In this document: positions 43,243 to 56,625 of the stretch, one piece after another | How positions within the stretch are numbered: the first letter of the stretch is position 1 | How the letters are laid out: every line of letters starts with the position of its first letter | Source of the DNA: Sphaerodactylus townsendi | Lineage: Eukaryota | Direction of reading: 5' to 3' | DNA length: 64,000 nt | Assembly (NCBI RefSeq): GCF_021028975.2 | Contig: NC_059425.1 | Span: 24,242,001 to 24,306,000 of the forward strand | The notes under the pieces: model-generated | What the model was told of the DNA's origin: nothing | Databases searched by the model: none | The model's input: the letters and a program-made list of their open reading frames with translations, nothing else | Position numbers and translations under genes: made by a program

Positions 43243-46200
43243 ATGGCGGCTCAGCCGGCCGAGCGCGGCCCTGAGCCGCCGGGGGGAAAGCGCAGGCCTC
43301 ACGGGATGCTGAAACTCTACTATGGGCTCCCGGACTCATCTGCAGAAAACTTGGCGGGCCCGGCCAGAGGGGAGCTCGGGGGCCCCACAGACATCAACGG
43401 GCCCCACTTCGACCCGGAAGTTTTCCTCACTAAGGTGATGGTTTCAGAACTCGGGCCCGTAGCAATAAGCCTCCCCCATACTCGTCTTTGGGGCAAACCG
43501 CTCTTCAGGGAACTTCCCTCTGTTCTAGAGTCACTCCCTCTTTGCAGATCTCACAGGGGGAGGCCCTTGCCAACGCTTGTCTGTTAAAACTGTGACGCTT
43601 GAAGCTGAATGCCTCTAATAATACTGAGATCTAGTTCCGCCACCTCCCACAACGATCACGAAAAAGAAATGTGCCTCTGAGCATGAACAGAGTTCTTTTG
43701 TTAGCGTTTTATAGCAGTTTGCAACAGTAGGGCTTGGGGATACCTGGGTTTCAGGTTTCCAGTGCCGGGTTGGTAAATTACTGGAGAGGTGGGGATGAAG
43801 CCTAGGGAGTGTGGTGTTTGGGGAGAGGATCTCAGTGGGGTAGATGTCCTAGAACACACCATCAAAAGCAGCTGTTTTGTTCAGGAAAACTGATCCTATA
43901 GTCTGGAGATCACTTGTAGCTTTGTGAAGTTTCCGTGACTCACTTAGAAGTTGGCAACCTTACTGGATTGAAATGTCAATTTTGCCATGAAGTTTGTGGA
44001 ATGATCTTGGGCTGGTCACTCTTAGCCTGACAGGTTCTTGTGAGGATAAGATGGAGAGTTGGAGTATGCTGCCTGGAGCAACTTGGGGTAAGAGTGGGAT
44101 GAAAGCATGATCAAAATGCCAAAGCCCAATAGGAAAGTAGTATACTTACAGAGTGAGATGGAGTTTCCATCTTTGGAGTTTTTAAATGGAGGCTGGATCT
44201 GTCTTTAATTGTGTGTTCCTGCATGGAAGGGAATTGGATGATCCCTTCCAACTCTATGATTGTATACTCAGTTTTCTCGCTATTTAGCATTTCTTTAGTG
44301 TCAAGGAGGTGCTGGACACAGTGCAGAATGTGACTGTCATCCAGGATTTTTGGCAGTTTTCTAAGGGAGGGGTGAGATTGCCACACAGATTAGCGAAGGA
44401 GTAGTAGGTGTTTGAGGGAGAAGTGTTGGGACCCCGGAGGTTTGCAAGAAAACTGAACCCACTCCCAATATTTCAAGAAATTAACACTGTATGGTTGCTT
44501 TAAAACTTCTTTATAACCTTACTTCGTTCTTAATTAGTGTCATTTTAATTGGTACGTTCAAATAATGTTACAATATAGGAGAATAAAAGCCAGAAAAAGC
44601 ATCTAAGTGCCTTTTGTTATGTGTTGCTTGCAGCATCCGAATAACATATGAAGTTTTCTTGTACTGAGAGAGTCAGCTTATCATCTGTCTAGCTAGCTAC
44701 ATATCGTGTACTTGAAATGGCAATGATTCAACAAGATTCCAGGCTGCTGTTCCTTTTCTCCATTGAGCCTGGTGCCTTTCCCTGTGGAGGGGGCCGTGAC
44801 TCAGTGATAATGTATCTGCTTGACAAGAAGGTTTCAGGTTCAATTCCCAGTTTCTCCAGTTAAAAGAATCAGGTGTGAAAGGCCTGAGATCCTGAGAGCT
44901 GGTGTGAGTCTGAGTTGACAGTGCTGACCTTAATATAATCTGATTCACCATAAGGCAGTTTCATTCATATATATCTGTATCTCTCTATCTATAGATAGAG
45001 AGATACAGATATATATGAATGAAACTGCCTTATGGCATTGATATTGCCTTATGATATATTGCCTTATGGTATTGATATTGATATATCTATAGAGAGATAC
45101 AGATATATATGAATGAAACTGCCTTATGGCATTGATATTGCCTTATGATATATTGCCTTATGGTATTGATATTGATATATATGGTCCGTACATCATGAGT
45201 CAAGCTAATGGTCCACTTAGGCTACAATCTTAAGGACTCTTTCCAACCAGTAAGCCCCACTTAACAAAACAGGCCTCTCTTCTCAGCTGACCTGCTCAGG
45301 ATTGCTCCTTTAGTCTTGCATTGTCTCATGCAGCTAGCAAGGGCTCTCTAGGAAGTTGGGCAAAGATCTGTGCCCTCCTTTAAGAGAAAAACATTTGCCT
45401 GAAATGAGGAGATCAAAATTAAGAGCCAGGAGGTGGGGCCAAATGGGGTCTGCTGCTTACTACTCTGTTCTGTGCACCAGATGCGGAAGGAGTGCCCACT
45501 GGCTCATCTGATGGACTGTGAGACTGACATGGTGAAGCAGATCCGAGCCCTGGACAGTGATATGCAGACACTGGTGTATGAGAATTATAACAAGTTCATC
45601 TCTGCCACAGGTACTGAAGGGACTCAGCCACCTGAGCCCTTCTGTCTTGGTGTATCCTTGGGTAGGGCAGAGTGGGGCTGCTGCTTTAAAAATCCTAAAG
45701 GAGACCTGTTTTTCTTCCCCAGTTATCGTTTCTATAGCTCCTACGTTTGCAGTTGGGTTAATCTCAAGGTCCACCTAATCTAGTGTCATGTTTTCACCAG
45801 TGGCTGAGCTGGTTCTTTCACAAACAGAGCCTGAATGAAACAGCTTTACCCTGCTGCTTGCCTCTCAGCAGCTGATAGTCGGCGTTCCGCTGCCTCTGAA
45901 CATGGAAGTTTATTTTATTTTTTAGGACTCATAGCTATTGGTATACATTTCCTCCTTTAATTTCTCTGATCTGTCTTTAAAAGTCAAGTGTGCCCTTGAG
46001 CATGGGCACATTTTATAACTGCACTTTTTCTGTTGAGCTAACCACCTCCCTGGAGATGTTGGTTCAGTGTCTGGAGGTCATGGCTGGATAAGTTGTCTAA
46101 ATTGCTGTCACTGACTATTGGGAATGTTTTAACTTATGTATTGATTGATGTTTTATTGTTTCAAACATGTATGTTAACTGCCCTGAGCCCAGCTTCAGTT

Positions 46201-49200
46201 GGGAAGGGTGAGATATTCAATCAAACAATATACTTTTTATTATACAGTTCTTCACATCTGTCACTGTATTTAGCTTTCTACCAGCTCCAGAAAAAAGTCC
46301 GGTACAGCAAATCCCATTTTAAAGCCAGGGACTAGATTCACATAGGTTGGCCCACGGTCACATATAGGCTGCCCTTCAGCTCTGAAGTGGGTATGCCCTC
46401 TGGGAGACTGAGTCCCTCCCTCTTTCTCTGAATTTCCCTGCTGTTCAGACACAATCCGCAAGATGAAGAATGACTTCAAGAAGATGGAGGACGAGATGGA
46501 CTGCTTGGCAGCCAACATGGCTGTGATCACCGAGTTCAGCGCCAGCATCAGCTGCACCTTACAGGATCAGCACGAGCAGATCACCAAGTTGTCAGGTGAG
46601 GACGGTGTTTCTTTGGGGGCTGCTAATGGGGAAAGCCCATGCCAGGGCCCTTGGATCTGCTCCGTGGCCTTATGGGATGAGTTGGGGAAGAAGCCTGTTG
46701 ACTGGATGTTGTATGGCAAAGAAGCATGGCATTGCATGAGCAAGAAACCCATTGCAAACAGATTTCTATGAGCAGAGGAGCTGTTCAGCTGCTGGGATTT
46801 TTTAAAGTGACAGACAAGCAGAATTCCAGAAGTGGAATAAATTATTTAGATTAGGCAGATTGACATTTTCTCAATTTGTACTCATTCATTACATTTCCCT
46901 TTCACTTTTCTTGCCATCGTGGCATTTGTAATGGGCATATTCCCATTCCACCATGCTCCAAGCCATCTATTTATTAGTACTCCCTGTTTTCATAAGCATT
47001 TGGTTTTGCCTTCTCTTTGATGGCCACATACAGATGAAGCATTGGCTTGCAAATCTGGAGCCAGCCTTAGGAACATGGACCCTGTTGTCCTCCCTTTTTG
47101 TTGGTGTCCCCTGTAGTTTTTGCAAAGACCTCGATGAATGTACAGGACACAGCAGCTAATGTGGTGTTCCTGAGGCTGTGCAGGCATGAGCTTGACTCAA
47201 TAACTTGGTTGGGAGACCACTGAAAGACTCATTTAGGAGCAGTGGATAGCAGGCAGATGGAAAAAGATGTAGATCAAACCCATGTGGCACAATTCACTGG
47301 GGGACGTTCTCCTGCTCAAGCCCCATTGGAATGAAAGGAGGTGTGAGAATCTGGCATATTTCATGGATCATGTTTACAAGAACTTGTTCGTTACTTGAAG
47401 GCAGGAGGGAATTCTCATACGGCCTTGACGTGGATATGCCATGATCCGACTACCTTCCTTCCTTCTCCCACCAGGTGTTCACACACTCCTGCGTAAGCTG
47501 CAGTTCCTTTTCGAGCTGCCTGCCCGCCTGACTAAGTGCGTGGAGCTTGAAGCCTACGCACAGGCAGTTCGCTACTACAGCAAAGCTCGCTCCATCCTCC
47601 ACCAGTACCAACACATGCCCTCCTTCCGAGGTATCCAGGATGACTGCCAGAAGATCATGGCTGATCTGGCTCAGAAGCTGCGTGAGAAGTTCAGGTAGGA
47701 AATGGCAATGGCCAGTAGGCATCGAGGACCTGTATGCAGGGAGCCCGTGTGCTCAACTGGCATAGACTGGGCTATGCTAGAGGGCTGTTGTGATTTTAAA
47801 TAAAGCAAGAGGCCTGAAACTCAGGAGGCAGACCTGAAATGACCTCCATGTTTAGAGGTTAGTAAGCCACTAAATGTCATTCTCTGGGGACAGTAACAAG
47901 GAAGGGTCATTGCTGCTATGTCCTACTTGAGGAACCATCTGCCAGGACATGGTGGGAACCAGGAAGCTGGACTCCCCCAAAAGAATCTTGGGAATTGTAG
48001 TTTGGTGAGAGACCCTTACAGAGCTATGGTTCCACGAGGGCTCCAAGGGGAGAGGGGGCAGCTGCTATAGGGGAGATAAGCTCTAAGAGTCCCTCCTTTC
48101 TCCTCAGGGATGGGGGATCCGATGCCAAGGACTTAGCTGAATGCGTGGAGCTTCTGCTGCAGCTGGGAGAGCCAGCTGAGGAGCTGTGCGACGAATTCCT
48201 CTCTCATGCCCGCTCTCGTCTAGAGGCTGAACTGCAGACCCTGGAGGCCGAGCTGGGGGATGGGCAGCCCCTGGGTATTTCCAGCCCGGCCACTGACATC
48301 CTTGAATTCACTGACCGCGGGTGTAACAGCTTTGTCAGCAACATGTGCCTGGTGATCGCCTCATACCAGGAGCTGTTTGTCAATCGGGAGGGTGCTGGAG
48401 AGATTGCCCTCATGGCCCACGACAAGCTGGTGGCCTTTGTGGATGGCCTGATGGGGCGCTATTTTGCCCTGGTGGAGCGGCGCATCCAGCTTGAGAGGGG
48501 TTTAGGGGACAACTCGCTGCTGGTGCGAGCCCTGGACCGCTTCCACCGTCGCCTGCAGGCCTTGGCTAAGCTCTTGCCGGCCTCACAGGCAGCAGCTGAA
48601 GGCACGGAGATTGTGGTGCGCGCAGCCAAAGAGCGCATCCGCCAGTACCTCCAGGCCCTGCAGAGCTTCTACGTGGATTGCCTGACAGATGTGCGCCAGT
48701 CCCTGGCAGCCCCACGGCTCATGGGCAAGGACAGCCCCAACCTGGCGGAACTCCTGGGCACCATCTCCGCTTCCATCCTGAACCAGATTAAATCAGTGCT
48801 CACCTACGTTCACCTCTTCACTGCCAAGGACATCACTTTCTCCAACAAGCCTTATTTCAAGGTACACAATTGGAAAAGGTGTTTGTTTGTTTTTTGCAGC
48901 CTATTTGGGTTTGCAGTAGCCCAGAGAAATCCAGGACAGGTAATGATAAATTAAAATATGTGTTGATATGTATTAGAAATATGTGCTCTGCAGCTTTCAT
49001 TTTGACCTTTCCATTATAGAAAAAGGCCACCTCTGATAAGTCCTGCCCTTTTTAAGAGAGGGGCCCTGGCTCAGTGGGAAACTTCCATTGGGATGGGATT
49101 CTGTGTTTTTTTGTGGCCGCTGCTTCAAGAAAACTATTTCTGCCTCCTTGCCTAGGAAGGGTTAAGCGTACCAAATATCTGCCAGTTCAGCTTACAATAG

Positions 49201-52200
49201 AGATAGGCACCTGGAGATCCAGATTCTCAGTCTGCCTGCAGAGGCCTCCTATATCAGCGGTTTCTCAACCTGTGGGTCGCGACCCCTTTGGGGGTTGAAC
49301 GACCCTTTCACAGGGGTTGCCTAAGACCATCGGAAAACGGTCTTTTTATATTTTATGTATACCAATTTTATGGTTGGGGGTCACCACAACATGAGGAACT
49401 GTATTAAAGGTTGCGGCATTAGGAAGGTTGAGAACCACTGTCCTATATGGTCACTTAATGCTTAGGATATACTTTTTGTGATTCATCTGCTTTGTCATGA
49501 TACAGGATTCCAAGGGCTATTTAAACCCTCCTCCTCCTCAATGTGAGCAGCAACCAAAGACTTTGCTGGCAACCTCTCATTCAGTCTCTTGTCTGCTTGT
49601 TCCTTTGTATGAGCCCAGGCAAGGAAGCGGTACACTGAGGGGAGGGGCTGTGGCTCCATGGAAAAGCTTCTGCTTGGTATGCAGAAGGTCGCAGGTTCCA
49701 TCCCAAGCACCTCCAGTTAAAGGGATCAGGTGATAGGTTATATGAAAGATCCTTGCCTGAGACCCTGCTGCTGCTTCCAGCCTGAGTGGGCAATGTTTAC
49801 CTTGATGGACCAGTGGTCTGATTCAGTATGGGGTAGGTTCAGGTGTGCCAATGTATGATAAGGAAAGAATTCTGCTACAGGCCATCTTTCCTATTCACAG
49901 TAGATCAGAGGTAGTTAAAGGCTTGTCTTGCCTTTGCTCATGACTCTGCTCAGGTGGGAGCAAGACAGTGGATGGCACTTCTGTCCTTGGCCCTTACTGG
50001 CCCGTGTTCAATTGATGAGTTTCTAACCAGCAATTTTCAGGCTTTCTCCATTCATTTCATCAACTTGCTTTCCCCTCCTTGTGCTCCTAGGGGGAATTCT
50101 GCAGCCAGGGTGTCCGCGAAGGCCTCATTGTCAGTTTCATCAAGTCCATCTGCCAGACGGCACGGCAGTTCTGCGAGAGCACGGGGGACAAGGGCGGATC
50201 GACGCCTCCTGCACTTCTACTGCTCCTCTCCCGCCTCTGCCTGGACTATGAGACCTCCACCATCAGCTACATCCTCACACTGACTGATGAGCAATTCCTA
50301 GTGCAGGTATTCCCCCCCCCCCTCCCACCTCCCAATTTATTCAACAAATTTGTATGCCATTTTTCCAGAATTTTGAGTGTATGGAAAGTGGATGTGGGAT
50401 AACTTGTGACAGAATGAGGAATGTATGACTTATAAATCATCACATGTCAGGGACAGCTTTCTGTTTCCTTCTGTTCAGAACTGAGTTCTTTGGGACTGAG
50501 GCTAATCTATGCCACAAATACGCAGAGTCAGAATGTCACTTTAAAATGTTTCTAGTCCTCATGACTATAAGTTGGGGTTGATTTTCTATTTTATCATTTT
50601 GTTTTATTGCTATGGTTTTATTTATGATGTTTTTATTGGTATATTTTACTACTTCAATTTTTTTATGAGCTACCTAGAGACCTTTGTATAAGGCGAGGTA
50701 CAAATGACCCTGGTGAGTTCCGCAGGGCCTGTAAAACGGTTTTGTTCCACAGGGCTTTTGGCGAGGCCGGCTGCGGATTCCCCCTCCAGGATGCCCCTGT
50801 GTTGCGTGCTGTTCCGCTCTTGGCACGCCCAATATAATATCTGAAGTGCACTGCTGCCCCGCCTGGCCTTAGGACGGGCATCACACTGTTATAATGTATT
50901 TTATAATGCTGTCTGATGCTGCTCGGTTTTAAGACATCTGTAAATTGTTTTAACTTATTTAATGTATTTTATGGTGTGTAATGTAATGGCCTATTGTATA
51001 TAATATTGTTTTGGCCTTCTGTACACCGCCCAGAGCCCTTTGGGGGTGGGCGGTTTAAAATCTAAGATAGATATATATATATAATATTTACTAATAAAAT
51101 AAATAAGGCTACCCATGAATGGTGCAGTAGGACTAGGGTTATACAATTAGAGAACAATGCTAACAACCAACTGTCTAAAGCAGAGTATTTCATAAGCAAT
51201 ATGGAAAGTGGCTTGCAAGGTGTAAGACATTTCAGTAATAGAAAGTGCCTTGCTCGTGCCTGTTTTTATTATTTACGATGGGGGATTTTTTGCACTTCTT
51301 CCTCTCCAGGACCACTCCCCTGTGACCCCAGTGACAGGGCTGTGTACTGAAGCCCGTGAAGCTGCCCAGAAACTGTTGAACCATTACGTCAAGGTGCAAG
51401 GCCTGATCATCTCACAGATGCTGCGCAAGAGCGTGGAGACCCGTGACTGGATCACAACCATTGAGCCACGCAACGTCCGTGCTGTCATGAAGCGTGTGGT
51501 GGAGGATGCCACTACTATTGATGTACAGGTGAGCGGAGGGGGTTGGGCTTCATTCAACGTGAGCCCAGTGGTGTGCAGCTTTGCCTATTATATTTTAAGT
51601 GGCGTTCAAATGTAAGATCTGATACCATTCGAAGTAAACCAAGATACAGAGCCATAGGTGCACAGTCTGTAAGGATTGCAGGTGAGGAGACAAGAGCCAT
51701 CTATAGACTCCCTTGGAAGCAAGCTCATCTTTCCAGGAGACCCCAAAGCAATGAGTGGCCTCTTGCCTCCACGCCCCCAGGGAGCATCAAATAAAGTCTT
51801 CATTCCCTAGTGTGCAACCACCAGTGAAAAGAGGTTCTGCGCTTTTCCTAATAAGAACAGAATCAGCCACCAGAAATAAAAAACAGAGCTAAGAAACATG
51901 TATCAGTCAATTAAAAAAAACTCATTAAATTTGATAGAACAGCAAAGAGACAAAATGCACACAGCTCAACCATTGACTTCTTGTGGAATAAAAAAAGTCA
52001 GAACCTGGCTCAGAACATGACTGCAATATTGGAATCTCAGCCACCTGTCTGGAGAAGATATTTCAGAAACAAGGGTCCACAAATTGAAAAGGCCAGCAGC
52101 CTCTCAAGAAGACCTTAAATAGGGGGCAAGTTCTTCTAGTAGAAGGTGGTCCTTTTATCATTCATATAGCGGTGGGAGAGAAAGGTAGTGCACTGTGGGG

Positions 52201-55200
52201 GAATCCTACTTGTTCCCCCCCACCGCCCCCCGAGGAAATACTATGCTAGAGAGTAGTTAGCTGGACAAAAGCATCCTATTGGATACAGAGATAGGGGTGA
52301 AATTTCTCCAGCTTGTCAATTTCCTGACATGAGAGGGAACTCCTCCAAAGAAACAGAAAGTTGGAAGCAGCTCCTTTTGTCCACTCTCAGATCCCAAAGC
52401 TGATAAACTACTGGCAACACAGCCAGAAAAATCAAATTTCAATTACAACTGTGATAAAGCTGGTCTGAATTAAACTATAGTCATAAGGACCTCAGTGAAG
52501 AATTTAATACAAAATAACAAGTCGCTTCTTTGGGCTTCAATGGCAAAATTGTCACACACAGGACAACAAACAGTTGAAAAACCCTGTGTACAAACCACAC
52601 AGTATTGAAAGTAAACTGCAAATCATGAAATCCCCATGCAGGGTTATAATACACTAAGGATGAAAACAGAACATGTGGCACTCACAGTTTTTCAACTGAG
52701 AAATTAATTCCCCACAAAGCACTATTTCTATAGGGGACCTGGTCCCTCACAATCAAAGCGATATTCACAGTACAAACATATCCAAAATTGAACGCTTCAC
52801 AGAATTATATTATTACGAGCAAAATGCACCAGCAATGATTTAACAAACACAATCACTCCCTCCAACCCGAAGTGCTAGCTTTTATATTTTGGTTTTGCAA
52901 ACTGTTTATTTAGGGCAGATAAATAATGAGGACACGTTTGGCTTCCTTCCTGGATTTCTCTGAATAGCCAGTCCTGCTTTGCCTCAATGCTTATCATGTA
53001 CACATATTTTTGCATTTAATTAGCAGCGTTGTGCTAGAACACATCATTCACCTAAGTGTTACTAAGGCATCCGGCAAAGTGGCGTCCAGATCCCAGGCAG
53101 GCGATGCTCTCTGAATAGTAAAGGCAAAGTGTCCTCATTTCTCTTATTGCAAGTGCCCTTTGGAAAGGAAAATCAGCCTGTAAGCATCTAAGGACTTCTG
53201 TGCTTAAATCACATTGTATAGAATATTATATACAATTTCTGGCATACCTTTTCTCTCTTAGCATATTTTCATTACTTCTGCCCCAAAACCTGGTTATGTT
53301 GTTAAGTTCTTATTGTTACAACAGCAAGGCTGAACATAACAAAATGCCTCCAAGCTAGAGATGTAAAATTTCCAGAAATTTTGAAATCACAGGGGGGGGG
53401 AACATTTTTTTTTTTGTTCCCCCTGGGAAAAAGCAGAACTTGGGGGGAGAAATTCGATTCGAGTTTTGTCAACTAATTTTATTGCTTTAACAGCATAAAA
53501 CGCACAATTTATAACTTACCCAGCTTATAAAATTGCAATTTTTTATTAACTTTAAAGCTTATAAATGTTTTAGTTTGTTGCAAGCAAAGTTGCTAATACA
53601 GTGGAACCTTGGTTTTCATTGCCTTCGGTTTTCATCGGTTTCGGTTTTTGTCGATTTGCAGTAAGGTGCAGGGGTTTGTGGAGAAAAATCACCCAGACAA
53701 AGCTGTTGCAGGCCGTGTCTGCAACTTGTTTAATGACAATGTCGTGCCCCATTTCAGAGGCATCAGAAGCAGACCTCTTTGGACAGCTTTCTGCTGTGAC
53801 ATTGGTCCACTGGCTCTGAAGCTAGTTCTAGTGTTATTGTTTGTTACTGTTTTCAGCATTAAACAGTACGTTTATTCACCAAAAATGTGTTTTTGGTATG
53901 TTTTTTGGAGTGCCTAGAACGGATTAATTGGATTTACATTGATTCCTATGGAAAAGTTTGCCTCGGTTTTCACCGGTTTCGGTTTTCATTGATTCTTTTC
54001 GGACGGATTACCAACGAAAACTTAGGTTCCACTGTATACCCAGTACTTCAGAGGAAACTGTGAGCCGATGCACCCTATGCTATATTAGCACGTGAATCTT
54101 AATTTTGGCTATTTGGTTTTCCTCTGAGGCTGTGGTGCAGTTTCTGCTCCACACCCTCCTGATTTTTCACCTGGTCTGTGGGTAAATGTGTCACAGTGGT
54201 TTGAGGGAGAGGTGAAAAGGTCAACCACGAGGTCAAAAGAACAACAGAAGGCTCGCAGCTGTTGGGAAGCAATGAAAGCCCATGCATGTTCCCTCCGTGA
54301 TGACTCAGTATCCTTCTAGGTGCAGAAATGCATCTTGGATTTAACAGATGTGTATGTCTACAAGAGGCCTACCAATGTCTTTAACAGCCTTTCCCTCATT
54401 CAAAAAGAAAATATTTAATAGGAGTTCTTTTTTTCAGCACTCCCAAAATTTCCAATTTTTTCCACTGGAAAAATGGAAAAAAGGCATTGGGGAAGAAATG
54501 GTTTTTTTCCGGGGGGGGTGGGGGGTGGCGGGTTCCCACTCTCTTTGCTCTACTCTGAGGTTCTGAAAAATTGTGCTGTTGCTGCTGAGTAGCCACAGCT
54601 CAGTCTCTGGGATTGGGAAGGCATGGCTACGAGAAACCTCACGGCCCAGCAGGGCTCATTTCAGAGACTGGCTACGATGAGATGCTGGTCCATTTCCCCT
54701 CTCCCATCTCTCAAATGTTGCCTCTCACCACAGGTGGGGCTTCTGTACGAGGAAGGTGTGCGCAAAGCACAGAGCAGTGACTCCAGTAAAAGGACCTTTT
54801 CGGTGTACAGTAGCTCCCGACAGCAGAGTCGTTACGCACCCAGCTACACGCCCAGGTGAGCAAGACAGGTGGGACTTTTCTAACCTTCCTTGTGCATGTT
54901 CGATACCAGGAGCCCCCCCTCCGTCAGCTCAGGTTGGGCCTGCAGCTGTTTCCTAGATCTGTCCCCATCCCTAGCCACTCTACCTGATCTAAATTCATTG
55001 CAGAACACTGTGTAAAAACAGACACAGGCTCGTCTTCTTTTCCTCCTCCCTCCTCATCTGTTTTAAGCTATGGCAAAAGGAAGGCATTTAGAGAATGTGA
55101 TTGTTCACAGTCCTTGCCACGCCAGAGCTGATATGTTTACCAAGAGCTTCTGTGCCTGGTCACCTGGGGGTGATCTTTTGCTCTCCCTAGGCAACCAGAT

Positions 55201-56042
55201 TAATGACTTCTAGATTAATTGAGTCTTTCTTGTCCCACCCCTAGTGCACCCATGGATACTAACCTGCTGAGCAACATCCAGAAGCTGTTCTCAGAGCGGA
55301 TTGATATCTTCAGCCCCGCGGAGTTCAACAAGGTGAGGAGGCTGCCACGACTCTTCTTCAATCTCATTTTATTTTCAGTTTGGGCAGTTAGGGAACAAAA
55401 CAAGAAGTTCCTCAACCCATCTATGGATGTGAACCAATGGGTTGAGGACCATCAAACCAACCAGTTATTACTGTCATGAATGGTCACTGTGCTTACCTTG
55501 AATGGATTCGAGTTTTGCATAAAAGCTACATCTTGTATTTTGTGCCTTTTAGAATCCAGCATTCACATTTCCCCCTCTGTAGTCATTTCTGTGTATGTGT
55601 GTGTTAGCTGTTGACTGAAGAGACAATTCATGCATTTTATGAACTGGCTTTAGTCCCATTAAAATCTCCGCCAAAATAACACTGAGTGCCACAGGGCTCA
55701 TTTTTGAAATAAGTTTGAAATTTTCTGAAGTTCCAGAGATGAGCTTTTGCATTTCACCTCTGCTGTCTGTCCTTCACTCAGGTCTCTGTGCTGACGGGCA
55801 TCATCAAGATCAGCTTGAAGACATTCTTAGAGTGCGTCCGTTTGCGCACTTTTGGGCGTTTTGGTCTGCAGCAGATCCAGGTGGACTGTTACTATCTGCA
55901 GCTTTACCTGTGGCGCTTCGTCTCCGATGAGAATCTGGTGCACTTCTTGCTAGATGAGATTGTAGGTAGCACAGCCCACCGCTGTCTTGACCCTGTGCCC
56001 ATGGAGCAGAGTGTGATCGAAGTCATCTGTGAGCGTGGATAG
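43243..56042 (+). CDS. VPS51: VPS51 subunit of GARP/EARP complex, 782 aa; coding exons 43243-43434, 45481-45610, 46449-46595, 47475-47694, 48108-48861, 50091-50306, 51310-51528, 54734-54855, 55245-55332, 55782-56042
   Basis: Motifs [56 protein letters not shown] and [16 protein letters not shown]...ICERG*. Ten in-phase exons sum to 2349 nt. Confidence 0.98.
44790..44965 (+). mobile_element. Second tRNA-derived SINE family; other copies at ~21825-21965, ~36470-36645, ~49645-49850 and ~60040-60175 (-)
   Basis: Shared ggctcagtgg..ctgcttgg..gcagaaggtccc..ttc..ccc..ctccagttaa..gagaccct..attcagtat consensus. Confidence 0.6.
44948..45180. repeat. 88-bp perfect palindrome (44948-45035) plus a tandem duplication with 94-bp period
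   Basis: The palindrome arms were checked base by base. The unit starting tagagagatacag occurs at 44996 and 45090. Confidence 0.9.
49255..49440 (+). mobile_element. SPIN (Space Invader)/URR1-type non-autonomous hAT element
   Basis: Begins CAGCGGTTTCTCAACCTGTGGGTCGCGACCCCTTTGGGGGT and ends GGTCACCACAACATGAGGAACTGTATTAAAGG..GGTTGAGAACCACTG; 8-bp TSD TCCTATAT (49247-49254 and 49441-49448). Confidence 0.85.
50710..51065 (+). mobile_element. L2-type LINE 3' end
   Basis: gagttccgcagggcctgtaaaacgg..ttccacagggctttt..ccgcccagagccctttgggggtgggcggt. Confidence 0.65.
53599..54034. mobile_element. Tc1/mariner (Tigger-like) non-autonomous element
   Basis: TIRs CAGTGGAACCTTGGTTTTC / GAAAACTTAGGTTCCACTG, flanked by TA on both sides. 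Confidence 0.8.
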
Positions 56043-56261
56043 TGTGGGTGCCAGATCAGGCGCACATGTGTGTATGTACTCTTGGGCATGTACAGGAGAT
56101 GGGGAGAAATGCCTTGGAAACCTGCTGCAGTTGTGGATCTCGCTTCCAGACCTCAAAACCCAGCGTGACAAAAGAAATAATCCCATTGTGTCTTCAGTGT
56201 TCAGCACAGACCACACACATATTTATTTTCACTGCAACCAGGCATCTGGAACACTGGAGAA

Positions 56262-56267
56262 AATAAA
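56262..56267 (+). terminator. VPS51 polyadenylation signal AATAAA
   Basis: AATAAA 220 nt after the stop codon, followed by a GT/T-rich downstream tract. Confidence 0.6.
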
Positions 56268-56625
56268 ACCATGTCAGTTAAAAGCACTTGCTTAATTTTG
56301 TGCATTGTTTCTTCTGATGTGATTCAACTTTTCAGAACAGGCTATCAAGTCCCCAGTGGGGGAAAGGAATCCCCCTCCCCCAGGTCCTGTTGTTTGCTGA
56401 GTGGCAATGGGAGAAAAAAGTTTGTGTGTCCTTGTGCATTTACCAGAAGTTTTTTATAGGAAGCAATGAAGGTAGCTCTAGCAATTGACTGAAACTGTTA
56501 TGGTTTTGCCTCCTGCACAATGCTGTTTTATAATGATTTTTTCGTGGAAGGAAAGGACACTGCCAGACTAAAGACTAAGCTTGTATCTAACTGGAAAGTG
56601 TAGCTAATCCGACGTCCCTGATAAT

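Noticed and set aside
44996-45180. CRISPR-like array
   Set aside because: Eukaryotic intron with a simple tandem duplication and no unique spacers.
48861-50091. Suspected extra intron in VPS51 relative to human
   Set aside because: The total of 10 coding exons and 782 aa matches what I recall for human, so there is no evidence of intron gain.
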